Positions 12,233 through 20,000 of a stretch of 20,000 nt of DNA are shown here, in pieces. This DNA comes from Priapulus caudatus (taxonomy: Eukaryota). Below the pieces are notes generated by a model that was not told the origin of the DNA, searched no databases, and saw nothing but the letters and a program-made list of their open reading frames with translations. A program made the translations under genes and the position numbers. How positions within the stretch are numbered: the first letter of the stretch is position 1; every line of letters starts with the position of its first letter. The stretch is taken from positions 843,685-863,684 of the forward strand of contig NW_014577080.1 of assembly GCF_000485595.1 (NCBI RefSeq), given 5' to 3'.

Positions 12233-13218
12233 GTTGTTGTTGCTGCTGCAACCACAGGCACTTGGACCATTTCAATAATAAAATGATGGTTAATAAATAC
12301 AACTTGTCAGTACTACTACTAGCCCTACCACTACCAGTACCAGTACCAGCAATAGTCCTAATGTTTGATATGACCTAATAACTTCACTTCAACACCGTCC
12401 AATACACCGCTGCAACACATATAGCCCGCACGCCATTGTGCATGCACAAATACACAGTAGGTAACTCTAACCTACTGTGTATTTGTGCATGCACAATGGC
12501 GTGCGGGCTATGTGTTGCAGCGGTGTATTGGACGGTGTTGAAGTGAAGTTATTAGGTCAAATCAAACATTAAGACTATTGCTGGTACTGTAGTAGTACTG
12601 ACAAGTTGTATTTATTAACCATCATTTTATTATTGAAACGGTCCAAGTGCCTGTGGCTGCAACTGCTGCTGCTTCTGCTGCAGCTGCTACTGCTTCTGCT
12701 GCTACTGCTAATACTGCTACTTTATCGCTACTGCAGCTGGTGCTGCTACTATCAAGAATGAATAATCACAAATGTGTTTTTTTATGTGTTCAAATTAGTG
12801 ATTATTTACTCCTGCTACTATTGCTACGACTGCTAAATGACTAATACTACTATATTAATATTAACACAATGTTTCCTTGTACTTCTGATTATGGCAATCT
12901 TTTTTTTATAATTTTAATACCAGGAAATACTCACATCTTTGTGATAGTCCCACGCATGGTGAATCTTCTTGCCGTTAAAGTTAATGGTGTAGTTGTAGTA
13001 GCGTGAGTTTCGAATGAGCCCAACCCACTCCCTCCATCCGGGAGGTATGTACGTGCCATTGTACTCATTCAAATACTTGCCAAAATACCCTAGCAGTCAC
13101 AAAACAAAGAGTAAACCAATAAAGACTGGGCCACAAAAACCACACACTTCAGGGTGAACTGCTGTCTGCAAAAGCAATTCCATTGCGCGTAGTATATATG
13201 TTCCCACATGTGTGTATG

Positions 13219-13283
<65 letters not shown>

Positions 13284-16011
13284 TATATATATATATATAT
13301 ATATATACAAGAGCTAATAACACTACATAATATATATTATTAGTTCTTGACATATTATAGTTAAATTTGCTGCCCCTATATGCAGCTGATTAAAGTAATT
13401 GGTAAAACATTTTTTATCAGGTACTAAGAGTTCATGCTAATTTTTCATGCGTATACACGCATACATATATATATATATATGAGTTTATATGTATATCAGT
13501 ATGTGTGTTGCATGTGCATTTGTTATGTATGTCTAAAGAATCAAATGGCTGTATGTAAAGAGGTTTGTGAGAGGAATATTGATGTAGTTGATGTATACAC
13601 GCAGTACAGAAGGCATCACTTGTCATTCCTGCAGTAGATGTATTTGCTTATTTAAGAACTATTTTTACGAAGTGCTCTGTAAAAAATGCAAGGAATTCCT
13701 ACACTTGCCGATTCTGTATTTTGATGTCTTAACATAATATACTTTCAAACACTATATATCACCTAGACCATTTCCTCTGCATTTCCACACACACACTATA
13801 ATATGTACTAACTCAACCCTATAAACACATTTAGTGCGTACTAAACTTGCATAATTACTAGTAACTGCGGTAGAGTATATATTTAATTCTACCATCTGCA
13901 CTGCAACTTACAAGCACGTGATCAATAACACGTGTGCGACAGTTGAAAAAAAGAACAGTAACCATGTGTGACCATGTGTTGGATGGTTTGACCATGCATG
14001 GGTGTAACATCATTGGTGGAACAATTGACTATGGATGGGGGTATCATTAAGTTTGACCACACCTGAAACATTATTGGTGAAACAATTGACCATATAAGTG
14101 GGGGTATCATTAAGTTTGACCACGGGCAGAGCCAAAGAAGGACCGACCAAACGTCGGTGTTAGAACCAGCAAGCCCAACACGTATGCTCTCAGGAGACTC
14201 CATCACAGAACATCATGTCTTTCCTTGCTCACGCACCAAACTTCACATCCGTGCATAAAAGAACCAAAACCAAACAGACGTCTGTGTTAGAACCAGCAAA
14301 CCCAACACATATACTCTATAAGAGACTTCACTACAGAGCATCATTTCTCTCCTTGCTCACGCACCCAACCTTTGCATCCGACCGTAACACCACGAGAAAG
14401 ACACCACCACCGCAGCCGCCGCCGCTGCGCGCACGCCATACCATACCTGTCCTGTAGCCGGCGTTGTTCAGGTACGTCGCAAAGGTGCGCGTCTCGTGCG
14501 TCTGCTGCCACTCCGTCGACGAGCAGTTGTCGTTGTTCGTGTAGACGTTATGGTTGTGCGTGTAGAGACCGGTGAGCAGAGAACTGCGCGACGGACAGCA
14601 CATTGGCGTGCTCACGAAAGAGTTGGTGAACGTGGCGCCCTCCTTGGCGAGGTGGCGAAGCGTCTTCGGCATGTACTTCATCGAGCCTGGGTGGGGTGCG
14701 GGAGACGGGGTGGGGTTAAAGTGATTACGTCACCGTAAATAGTAAAAATAAAAAAAACATTTCCACTTTTTCCCAAAATACAAGTAATTCTGTTCACTTT
14801 TTATGGTTAAATTGCCGCATTATACTTCCTATTTTACTATGTTTGATGTGAACATACACTCGTGACTCATACATAGCCCATAGCAAGCATCAGGAACATC
14901 AATCAGATGACTTCAACAATTAAGGCATCAGGAACATAATATCAAATCGTCCAGGTTTTTTGGATTTTTAACTAGTTGAGAAACAATCTTTTCAGGTAAG
15001 AATTTGACGATACGTTTAGTCCCATTAGTTCTTACTTTTAATGTAAAAAAATGGCAACAAAAATTTTACAAATTTTACCATAGAAAATTTGTGACGTAGT
15101 CAATGTTCGTGACGAAGCATTAATGCAAGGCTCGATTCGTGAGGTGCGTAATGTCACGCATGCGTGTGCTCATCGACGAATCGAACAATCATGACAAAAT
15201 TCACCCCAAGATTGCCGTGCCAGGATATATATTATATCAGGAGTAAACATTAAGCACGCACTACTGAGGTATAATAGCACGTATCATTTACTCCTGATTG
15301 TATATATATATATATTCATATATATCACGATTCTACTATTATAATTTGATAAGACGTTTTCGTAGAGCAAAATCTAACAGACATCTATGTTGTGTTCGCT
15401 ATGCACTCCACAACTAAGCGTATTCACGTCAATCCTCACGGCTGGCCATAGGCTATAAACACTGCCATACTACTACGACATCAACCAACGCTTGTACGAG
15501 CGTGGGTGGAACACTTCAGACTGCCAGGCACGCGCGTGTGTGTTGGGTCGGGTAGTGGTGGTGGTGGTGGTGGTGGTGGTGGTGTTGGTGGGGTGTGTGT
15601 TTGGTGGGATGTGTGTTATGTGGGGTGGTGGTGGTGGGGTGAGGTGTGTGTGTGTGTGTGTGTGTGTGTTAGGTGGGGGTGGGGTGAGGTTTATACCTAG
15701 CTGGTAGTCCTGGTCGTCGGTGAGCACTAGCACGATGTTTGGTTTGTTGCTGGGTTTCCTGCGACCGTAGTAGGCACCCAGTCCCTGCTGCGAACGTCCG
15801 CTCACACCTGCAACGAGAAAACACGCCAACGGTGGCAGAGGGAGGAACGTTTTCGTTAAATCTCAAGTATCATTGCCTCTCCTTTACACGCAACTTTTAA
15901 CTATGCTTTAGCGACGATCGCGGTGTACACTTGGAAAACTTAAGTAGCGACTTAAATAGTATTGTTTCAGAGGTTTATTACATTTAATGATTAGCATAAA
16001 TTTATTCATGA

Positions 16012-16049
<38 letters not shown>

Positions 16050-16314
16050 TATAAATATATATATTACTTATAAAAGTTTAGGCCCCCATAGAATTACAAT
16101 GACATGTCTAGTCCTGCTTGACACGTCTGCGAAATACTATGAAATACTATCTGATACTATGGATGTGTAATATTGAAGAGTCACAAGGAGTCAAACATGG
16201 CACAAAGCTAAGCACTACCACAGCAAATGGCCTAGCTGTACCTGATATAGATGCTGCACACATCACGAATGCGATGATAAGCGAAGGATGCATCTTGTCT
16301 GAAGCCAGCATCAT
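1204..16314 (-). CDS. Sulf1: Extracellular sulfatase Sulf1-like (heparan sulfate 6-O-endosulfatase), multi-exon, ~935 aa
   Basis: 21 exons joined in frame with GT-AG introns. Motifs: signal peptide, [129 protein letters not shown]. All match SULF1/SULF2 as recalled. The 3' end is uncertain. Confidence 0.95.
1631..1757 (-). CDS. Sulf1: Sulf1 exon 20 ([42 protein letters not shown])
   Basis: ctctctag| ... G|gtaaaa; 127 nt, phase 0-1; matches SULF L.N...IL..LH..L..LR.CQG..C. Confidence 0.92.
2212..2354 (-). CDS. Sulf1: Sulf1 exon 19 ([48 protein letters not shown])
   Basis: cttgtag| ... CAG|gtgagg; 143 nt, phase 1-0; highly conserved SULF C-terminal motif. Confidence 0.95.
2956..3146 (-). CDS. 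Sulf1: Sulf1 exon 18 (RYNRRGLKK...[39 protein letters not shown])
   Basis: cattcag| ... C|gtacgt; 191 nt, phase 2-1; conserved basic cluster and CFxHDNxHW motif. Confidence 0.92.
3569..4319. mobile_element. Foldback / long-TIR non-autonomous element (arms 3569-3885 and 4009-4319, ~123-bp spacer)
   Basis: Arms are reverse complements with 14 substitutions and one 6-nt indel by manual alignment. Ends CAAGAGTAG...CTACTCCTG, flanks atatatat/atatatac. Confidence 0.85.
5003..5101 (-). CDS. Sulf1: Probable Sulf1 exon 17 ([34 protein letters not shown])
   Basis: ctgttaag| ... AG|gttagt; 99 nt, phase 2-2, open frame; weak AAG acceptor. Confidence 0.55.
5269..5306 (-). CDS. Sulf1: Probable Sulf1 mini-exon 16 ([12 protein letters not shown])
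   Basis: tgttag| ... AG|gtgaga; 38 nt, phase 0-2; supplies the phase change needed before the 3146 exon. Confidence 0.6.
5442..5552 (-). CDS. Sulf1: Sulf1 exon 15 ([11 protein letters not shown]...[16 protein letters not shown])
   Basis: gtcaccag| ... GAG|gtgtgt; 111 nt, phase 0-0; like SULF EVRGHLK..RP..CxC. Confidence 0.82.
5918..6072 (-). CDS. Sulf1: Sulf1 exon 14 ([51 protein letters not shown])
   Basis: ttttacag| ... AAA|gtacgt; 155 nt, phase 1-0. Matches SULF C..LPND...C...AWKDHK..ID. Confidence 0.88.
6523..6676 (-). CDS. Sulf1: Sulf1 exon 13, Lys/Arg-rich ([19 protein letters not shown]...QPPVTNR)
   Basis: cattgcag| ... A|gtaagc; 154 nt, phase 0-1; bridges the phases of exons 12 and 14. 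Confidence 0.72.
7057..7124 (-). CDS. Sulf1: Sulf1 exon 12 ([23 protein letters not shown])
   Basis: tttgtag| ... AGA|gtgagt; 68 nt, phase 1-0. Confidence 0.78.
7463..7631 (-). CDS. Sulf1: Sulf1 exon 11 ([17 protein letters not shown]...CVC...[11 protein letters not shown])
   Basis: ctccctag| start. Donor at 7463 (G|gtaaag) or 7445 (G|gtacac), both phase 1. Resembles SULF KWQCIED..LRIHKC. Confidence 0.85.
7925..8140. repeat. Degenerate TTAGG(G)-like repeats followed by (GAT)n
   Basis: ggttagggttaggtgttag at 7925-8005; (gat)n at ~8011-8135. Confidence 0.8.
8206..8332 (-). CDS. Sulf1: Sulf1 exon 10 ([10 protein letters not shown]...[18 protein letters not shown])
   Basis: cgttacag| ... CAG|gtgaac; 127 nt, phase 2-0; Cys spacing like the start of the SULF hydrophilic domain. 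Confidence 0.87.
8710..8791 (-). CDS. Sulf1: Sulf1 exon 9 ([28 protein letters not shown])
   Basis: catttag| ... GG|gtaaat; 82 nt, phase 1-2; WRDTFLV motif. Confidence 0.9.
8833..8990. repeat. (CA/CACG)n microsatellite
   Basis: Visible tract. Confidence 0.9.
9059..9168 (-). CDS. Sulf1: Sulf1 exon 8 ([36 protein letters not shown])
   Basis: gctgcag| ... G|gtgagt; 110 nt, phase 2-1. Confidence 0.93.
9384..9559 (-). CDS. Sulf1: Sulf1 exon 7 ([58 protein letters not shown])
   Basis: cattaccag| ... TC|gtaagt; 176 nt, phase 0-2; SDHG motif. Confidence 0.95.
10099..10252 (-). CDS. Sulf1: Sulf1 exon 6 ([15 protein letters not shown]...[16 protein letters not shown])
   Basis: cttcgcag| ... AAG|gtgggt; 154 nt, phase 2-0. 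Confidence 0.93.
10347..10415. mobile_element. Miniature hairpin element CAGGGGTTAATAATGACAAATT...AATTTGTCATTATTCACCCCCTG
   Basis: ~22-bp near-perfect inverted repeat flanked by an exact ATAACGT direct repeat (10340-10346, 10416-10422). Confidence 0.55.
10728..11660. mobile_element. Helentron-associated (HINE / DINE-1 / pearl-like) non-autonomous element
   Basis: Starts AACAAGAG. gctcatctga (10751-10760) is inverted with tcagatgagc (11645-11654). Terminal hairpin catctgac-tat-gtcagatg followed by ctaaaaa, (GACG)n at 11544-11612, tgacctttgacc motif. Confidence 0.65.
11837..12003 (-). CDS. Sulf1: Sulf1 exon 5 ([55 protein letters not shown])
   Basis: cattttcag| ... AT|gtaagt; 167 nt, phase 0-2. 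Confidence 0.94.
12080..12750. repeat. (TGC/CTG)n tract split by the palindrome (12080-12246 and 12662-12750)
   Basis: Same-strand TGC repeats on both sides of the palindrome. Confidence 0.85.
12247..12661. repeat. Near-perfect 415-bp palindrome with a 7-nt loop (12463-12469)
   Basis: tgcaaccacaggcacttggacc...cacagtaggt | aactcta | acctactgtg...ggtccaagtgcctgtggctgca. The left arm has an extra ~22 nt of tac-rich sequence. Confidence 0.92.
12935..13089 (-). CDS. Sulf1: Sulf1 exon 4 ([35 protein letters not shown]...WDYHKD)
   Basis: ctgctag| ... GAT|gtgagt; 155 nt, phase 1-0. Not in the ORF track; translated by hand. Confidence 0.94.
13222..13307. repeat. (TA)n microsatellite
   Basis: Long, nearly pure AT dinucleotide run. 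Confidence 0.95.
14006..14123. repeat. Tandem duplication, ~61-bp unit x2
   Basis: aacat(c/t)attggtg(g/a)aacaattgac...gggggtatcattaagtttgaccac repeated. Confidence 0.85.
14151..14380. repeat. Diverged tandem duplication, ~127-bp period x2
   Basis: acgtc.gtgttagaaccagcaa.cccaacac...ccttgctcacgcacc at 14151 and 14278. Confidence 0.85.
14447..14686 (-). CDS. Sulf1: Sulf1 exon 3 (GSMKYMPKT...[14 protein letters not shown]...AGYRT), catalytic CxPxR motif
   Basis: cacccag| ... G|gtatgg; 240 nt, phase 1-1; CCPSR at 14586-14600. Confidence 0.96.
15238..15296. mobile_element. Miniature TIR element CAGGAGTAAA...TTTACTCCTG
   Basis: Perfect 10-bp TIR (12 bp with flanking AT); flanks attatat/attgtat resemble a 7-bp TSD; ends match the 3569-4319 element. 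Confidence 0.55.
15536..15690. repeat. (GGT)n/(GT)n microsatellites
   Basis: Visible tracts. Confidence 0.9.
15697..15807 (-). CDS. Sulf1: Sulf1 exon 2 (GVSGRSQQG...[16 protein letters not shown])
   Basis: ctcgttgcag| ... G|gtataa; 111 nt, phase 1-1; metal-binding DD motif. Confidence 0.93.
16242..16314 (-). CDS. Sulf1: Sulf1 coding exon 1, signal peptide [24 protein letters not shown](G)
   Basis: Acceptor ttttttgcag before 16352 (5'UTR part 16315-16352), in-frame TGA upstream of the ATG, hydrophobic core, donor G|gtacag phase 1 matching the next exon. Confidence 0.8.
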
Positions 16315-16796
16315 GTCTTCAATCACTCACAGTTTATTTTACGTGGCGGAGCCTGCAAAAAACCAATGATTTTCAGACCCATCTACGCTGTCGGTACGTA
16401 GCGTGCAAAATGTAATTCACACATACATGTGCGTGTGTAAACAGCAAAAGTAAATAAGTTGTAAAAGTGACCCAGATATTATAACAGTATAAAATAGAAT
16501 ATGACATGTTCCATTGCTACTTTATATACTATAACGGTATAAATTCTTGGTAATTTTCAAGTTGGCATAATAAGTAGCCTATCTGCTAAATAGCTAAGAC
16601 CACATTTCACTACATGGGAAATAAATGTTATGTGAGTTGGATGTATTTGAGAGATCCAATTGGCAGCGGGTAATTATAGCAGATGACTCACTGTATTTTC
16701 AATGTCACTTTTCTTCAGGGAGTAGTGAACCAGCTATAAGAAGGGTCGATGTCAGAAAGAACAAAGACAAAACATCTCGGAACAAAATGCCGTTAC

Positions 16797-16846
16797 ATTC
16801 CTACGCGATATCAAGTAGCTGTGTGTGGCCCGGGCAGGTTTTTTAC
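16797..16846. repeat. Dispersed 50-bp repeat, copy 1
   Basis: attcctacgcgatatcaagtagctgtgtgtggcccgggcaggttttttac; 49/50 identical to 19799-19848. Confidence 0.9.
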
Positions 16847-18082
16847 GGACTGTAGCTAGGCTGTCAGCATATATATTATGTCTATTACAAAATCCTTAAC
16901 GTTTTACGACAGAGGAAACAGCTTATAATTAATACAAGAAAGCAGCACAAAGATTGTGTCAACATTATGTAATCTATAATGCATCACGTCTGCGTAAGGT
17001 AAATTTATAGGTCGATCTCACGTTATCCATTTACAAACCCGCAGACGGCTTTTCCAGTGTCTAGGGTGAAAACTTTCTTCTTCTCTAGTAAATCGTAAAA
17101 TTTAAATATTGCTATTGCACTCTGCAGTGTTAATCTATCGATTTCACTACTAAATATTTCCGGTTAAATCCGAAACACTTGCCCATTTTAAAATCTACCG
17201 TTCGCTGAGACACAAGACCTAAATCCTCTTTCTTTGTGGCTATTTCAACTTCCGATATTGACAAAATGCGTCTTTATTTTTTGAAGCATCGTTGACGTTG
17301 ATCGCCATTTTATAAATGAACAGTGGGCCCCTAGTGCCCCTACAGTAGTATGTTTAGCAGGAACAACCGATTCGAGATTTCGATCTTTTGATCCTCTTTT
17401 ACGGCCAGGCACACAGACCCGGTTCACGGGCACTGGGGCACTTATAATGAAAGTGTCAATGACACTGTAGCTCAGCACAAAAAAAGGACACAAATGAGTG
17501 TGTGAGTAAGAAGAAGTCAGTTTTAATTGAGCAACCATCGACGTACATTATAGAAACGATTGCCATCTGTATATCGCAATAATAATTTATAAACCAAAAT
17601 GAATCACAATTTGCCTTCTTTATCTGCTCTTGACAACATGTATCTACTATCAAAGCCTTAATGTTTATGTACTCTCCATCGCCTACTATTTCCACGTAAA
17701 TGCCGTTCAAATGCTCCTCTATCGGCAACAGACAATCTCACCGCACTGTGCACTAACCTACAGAAATATAGTTCTGTCTTTCGATTTTTCCTGATATTAT
17801 ACGATCGTTCTGTCTGAGACAGAAAGCTAGATCTTTCTGCACTAGACTTTGTGCCCAGCTACTGTTGAACCCGAAACCTCTTTGATTCGGGAGATACATC
17901 AACTAACACTAGCGGGGCAAGCGAAAAAACATTTTAGCGCTAAAACCCTCACGCACGAGCGAGAAAAAAAGCAAGAAATGCGCACACCAGTCATCATCGG
18001 GTATTTAACAGCTGATCATGAATCTTAACACTGCACAACAGGCGCGATGTCGGGCTTCTCAACATATCAATCAGACCCCAGA

Positions 18083-18230
18083 CATGCACGCACATACGCT
18101 CCTACGCGCCACACACGCGCACGCGCGCACGTACGCACACGCACGCACGTACGTACGTACACCCACACACACGCGCACAAACACGCAAGTACGCACACGT
18201 ACACACACACACCCACACACACGTACGAAC
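18083..18230. repeat. (CA/CACG)n microsatellite
   Basis: Visible tract. Confidence 0.9.
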
Positions 18231-18642
18231 GTAAGCACGGACCATCTCGCACACCCCCCAGGAGCACCGCTAGTCTTTTTCTTCTCAGCTTACTTAAATA
18301 GACGACACATCGTTAATACTAGCTCTCTGTTTACTCCGACTTAAAAAAAATACTTCCGAAAACAAAATTAAAGACCAATGCACGCCACATCAAGTCGCAC
18401 CTAAGCTGGGCTACAGCCGATATATATTTACTCGGTAAATATTTCCGCGGACACTACTGCATGCCTGTGAGGAACGAACGACCACCGCTGCCCCCGTATT
18501 AGTAACGACGGCGTTTTTTCTGCGAAGCCCTTCGAAGCTTTGTATCACACTCGGAAAAAGAGCAAGGAGGATTTTCGAGCATTTTCGCATCGCCATCCGA
18601 GGAATGTTGAAAGCGAGCAACCGCAAGCCCCGGCAAGAGACC

Positions 18643-18730
18643 GATGATGATGATGATGAGGAGGAGGAGGAGGAGGAGGAGGAGGAGGAGGAGGAGGAGG
18701 AAGAGGAGGAGGAGGAGGAGGAGGAGGAGA
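18643..18730. repeat. (GAT)n(GAG)n trinucleotide run
   Basis: About 5 GAT then about 24 GAG/GAA units. Confidence 0.92.
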
Positions 18731-18944
18731 AAGAGAACGAAAAGGATGCTGTTTTTGCAAGCTACGTTCCAGCGGCGGGTTTCTCTCGCCTGCCCGCACG
18801 GGCAGCGGTGAAGGAACCCTAGTGGCCACGGCCTGAAAGTAGTAGAACCCGGCGGGAGCAATTAAATACCTCCCTCGCCTCACCACAGGATAATAGTGCG
18901 TGCGGCATGTAGTTGCCATATATGAATGGATATTGATCAAATGT

Positions 18945-19105
18945 TCACACGCACGCACGCGCGCGCATACATACACACACGTACACGCACGCACGCACGC
19001 ACACATACAAACACGTACACGCACGCACGCACGCGCGCGCACACATACACACACGTACACGCACGCACGCGCGCACGCACGCACATACACACACGTACAC
19101 ACCGG
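18945..19105. repeat. (CA/CACG)n microsatellite
   Basis: Visible tract. Confidence 0.9.
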
Positions 19106-19798
19106 CGCGCGTATGCATCATTCCGTCAGTACCCAGCCGATGGCATGATTTGTATCTTAGCGATAGCGCTGCAACACTGATTCAGTATCGCGACACGTGA
19201 TACAACTCACTTTTTATGCAATACATGCGTTTCACTACAAGATGCATGCAACGCGATTCGCACGTTAGTGGGTGTGTAGTAGCTCATATTCAGACGCAAC
19301 TGTTTTTTACTAGTACAATATAAAAATGTATCGGTAATAAAACTGTAAAATCATGCAAATTTCGTAAACATTTTTTACTAATACCACCCACGTTCTATTT
19401 TCCTCGTCTATTTGAACATGGACCTTCCTTATATAAGGAAACCAACCAAATGAATTTTAACATAAGTCTTTCCTTACCAGCATACGTTCGTAATCGTAAC
19501 AAGGGCATGATCACTTTAGCGCAATTCACACTATTAAAAGCGCTTGCTGTATTACAGTAGCATACCTTGGCATTAATTTCCCGTCAGTTCATTAGCACTT
19601 AATGCAGTGTGCAATAGTAGCCACATAGTGAATCATCTATCACTCCAGATAATCAGTATTATATATATATATATATTCGCACGTATTCTAACGTGTCACA
19701 AAGGCCCGTCACTCTCTCCCATATATTACACATATTAGCTGGAAATTGCAAAAACCTGCATCCTGTAAAACGGTTGCTGCACGAGACATTTCGAGGAA

Positions 19799-19848
19799 AT
19801 TCCTACGCGATATCAAGTAGCTGTGTCTGGCCCGGGCAGGTTTTTTAC
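19799..19848. repeat. Dispersed 50-bp repeat, copy 2
   Basis: Same orientation, one mismatch to 16797-16846. Confidence 0.9.
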
Positions 19849-19849
19849 T

Positions 19850-20000
19850 ATATAAAAAAACTAAACAAAATAAATAAAAAAAATAATAAAAAAAAAAATA
19901 TAAAAAAAAAAAAAAAAAAAAAGATAAAAAAAAAAAAATAATAAATAAAAAAAAAAATAAAAAAAAAAAAATAATTAAAAATAAAAAATAAAGTAAAATA
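19850..20000. repeat. A-rich low-complexity tract
   Basis: Almost only A with sporadic T. Confidence 0.9.

Noticed and set aside
12064..12278. Ala-rich antifreeze-like ORF and poly-Leu ORF
   Set aside because: A (TGC)n microsatellite in an intron; no independent gene structure.
17808..17839. Two overlapping short hairpins
   Set aside because: Stems of 7-8 bp are expected by chance.
18411..18626. ORF MAMRKCSKILLALF as the Sulf1 signal peptide
   Set aside because: Exon 16242-16314 gives a better signal peptide, with the correct phase and an upstream in-frame stop.
18499..19102. Poly-E, poly-P and poly-L ORFs
   Set aside because: Produced by the (GAG)n run; no domain or splice support.

Overview
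Eukaryotic (invertebrate metazoan-like) genomic DNA. Nearly the whole window is one minus-strand, intron-rich gene for an extracellular heparan-sulfate 6-O-endosulfatase (Sulf1/Sulf2 family). I assembled by eye 21 coding exons with GT..AG introns and consistent phases, from ATG 16314 (signal-peptide exon) through the CCPSR formylglycine motif, the basic hydrophilic domain and the conserved C-terminal domain, about 935 aa if the last exon reads to TGA at 1204 (the 3' end is uncertain). The introns hold many microsatellites and several structured elements: a 751-bp foldback element with ~315-bp inverted arms (3569-4319), tiny elements with the same CAGG(A/G)GT...AC(T/C)CCTG-type ends (15238-15296, 10347-10415, 10432-10486), a 415-bp near-perfect palindrome inside a (CTG)n tract (12247-12661), a Helentron/HINE-like element (10728-11660), a dispersed 50-bp repeat and two short tandem duplications. 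Most listed ORFs are microsatellite or antisense artefacts. I found no prokaryotic-type system, CRISPR array, RNA gene or transposase.
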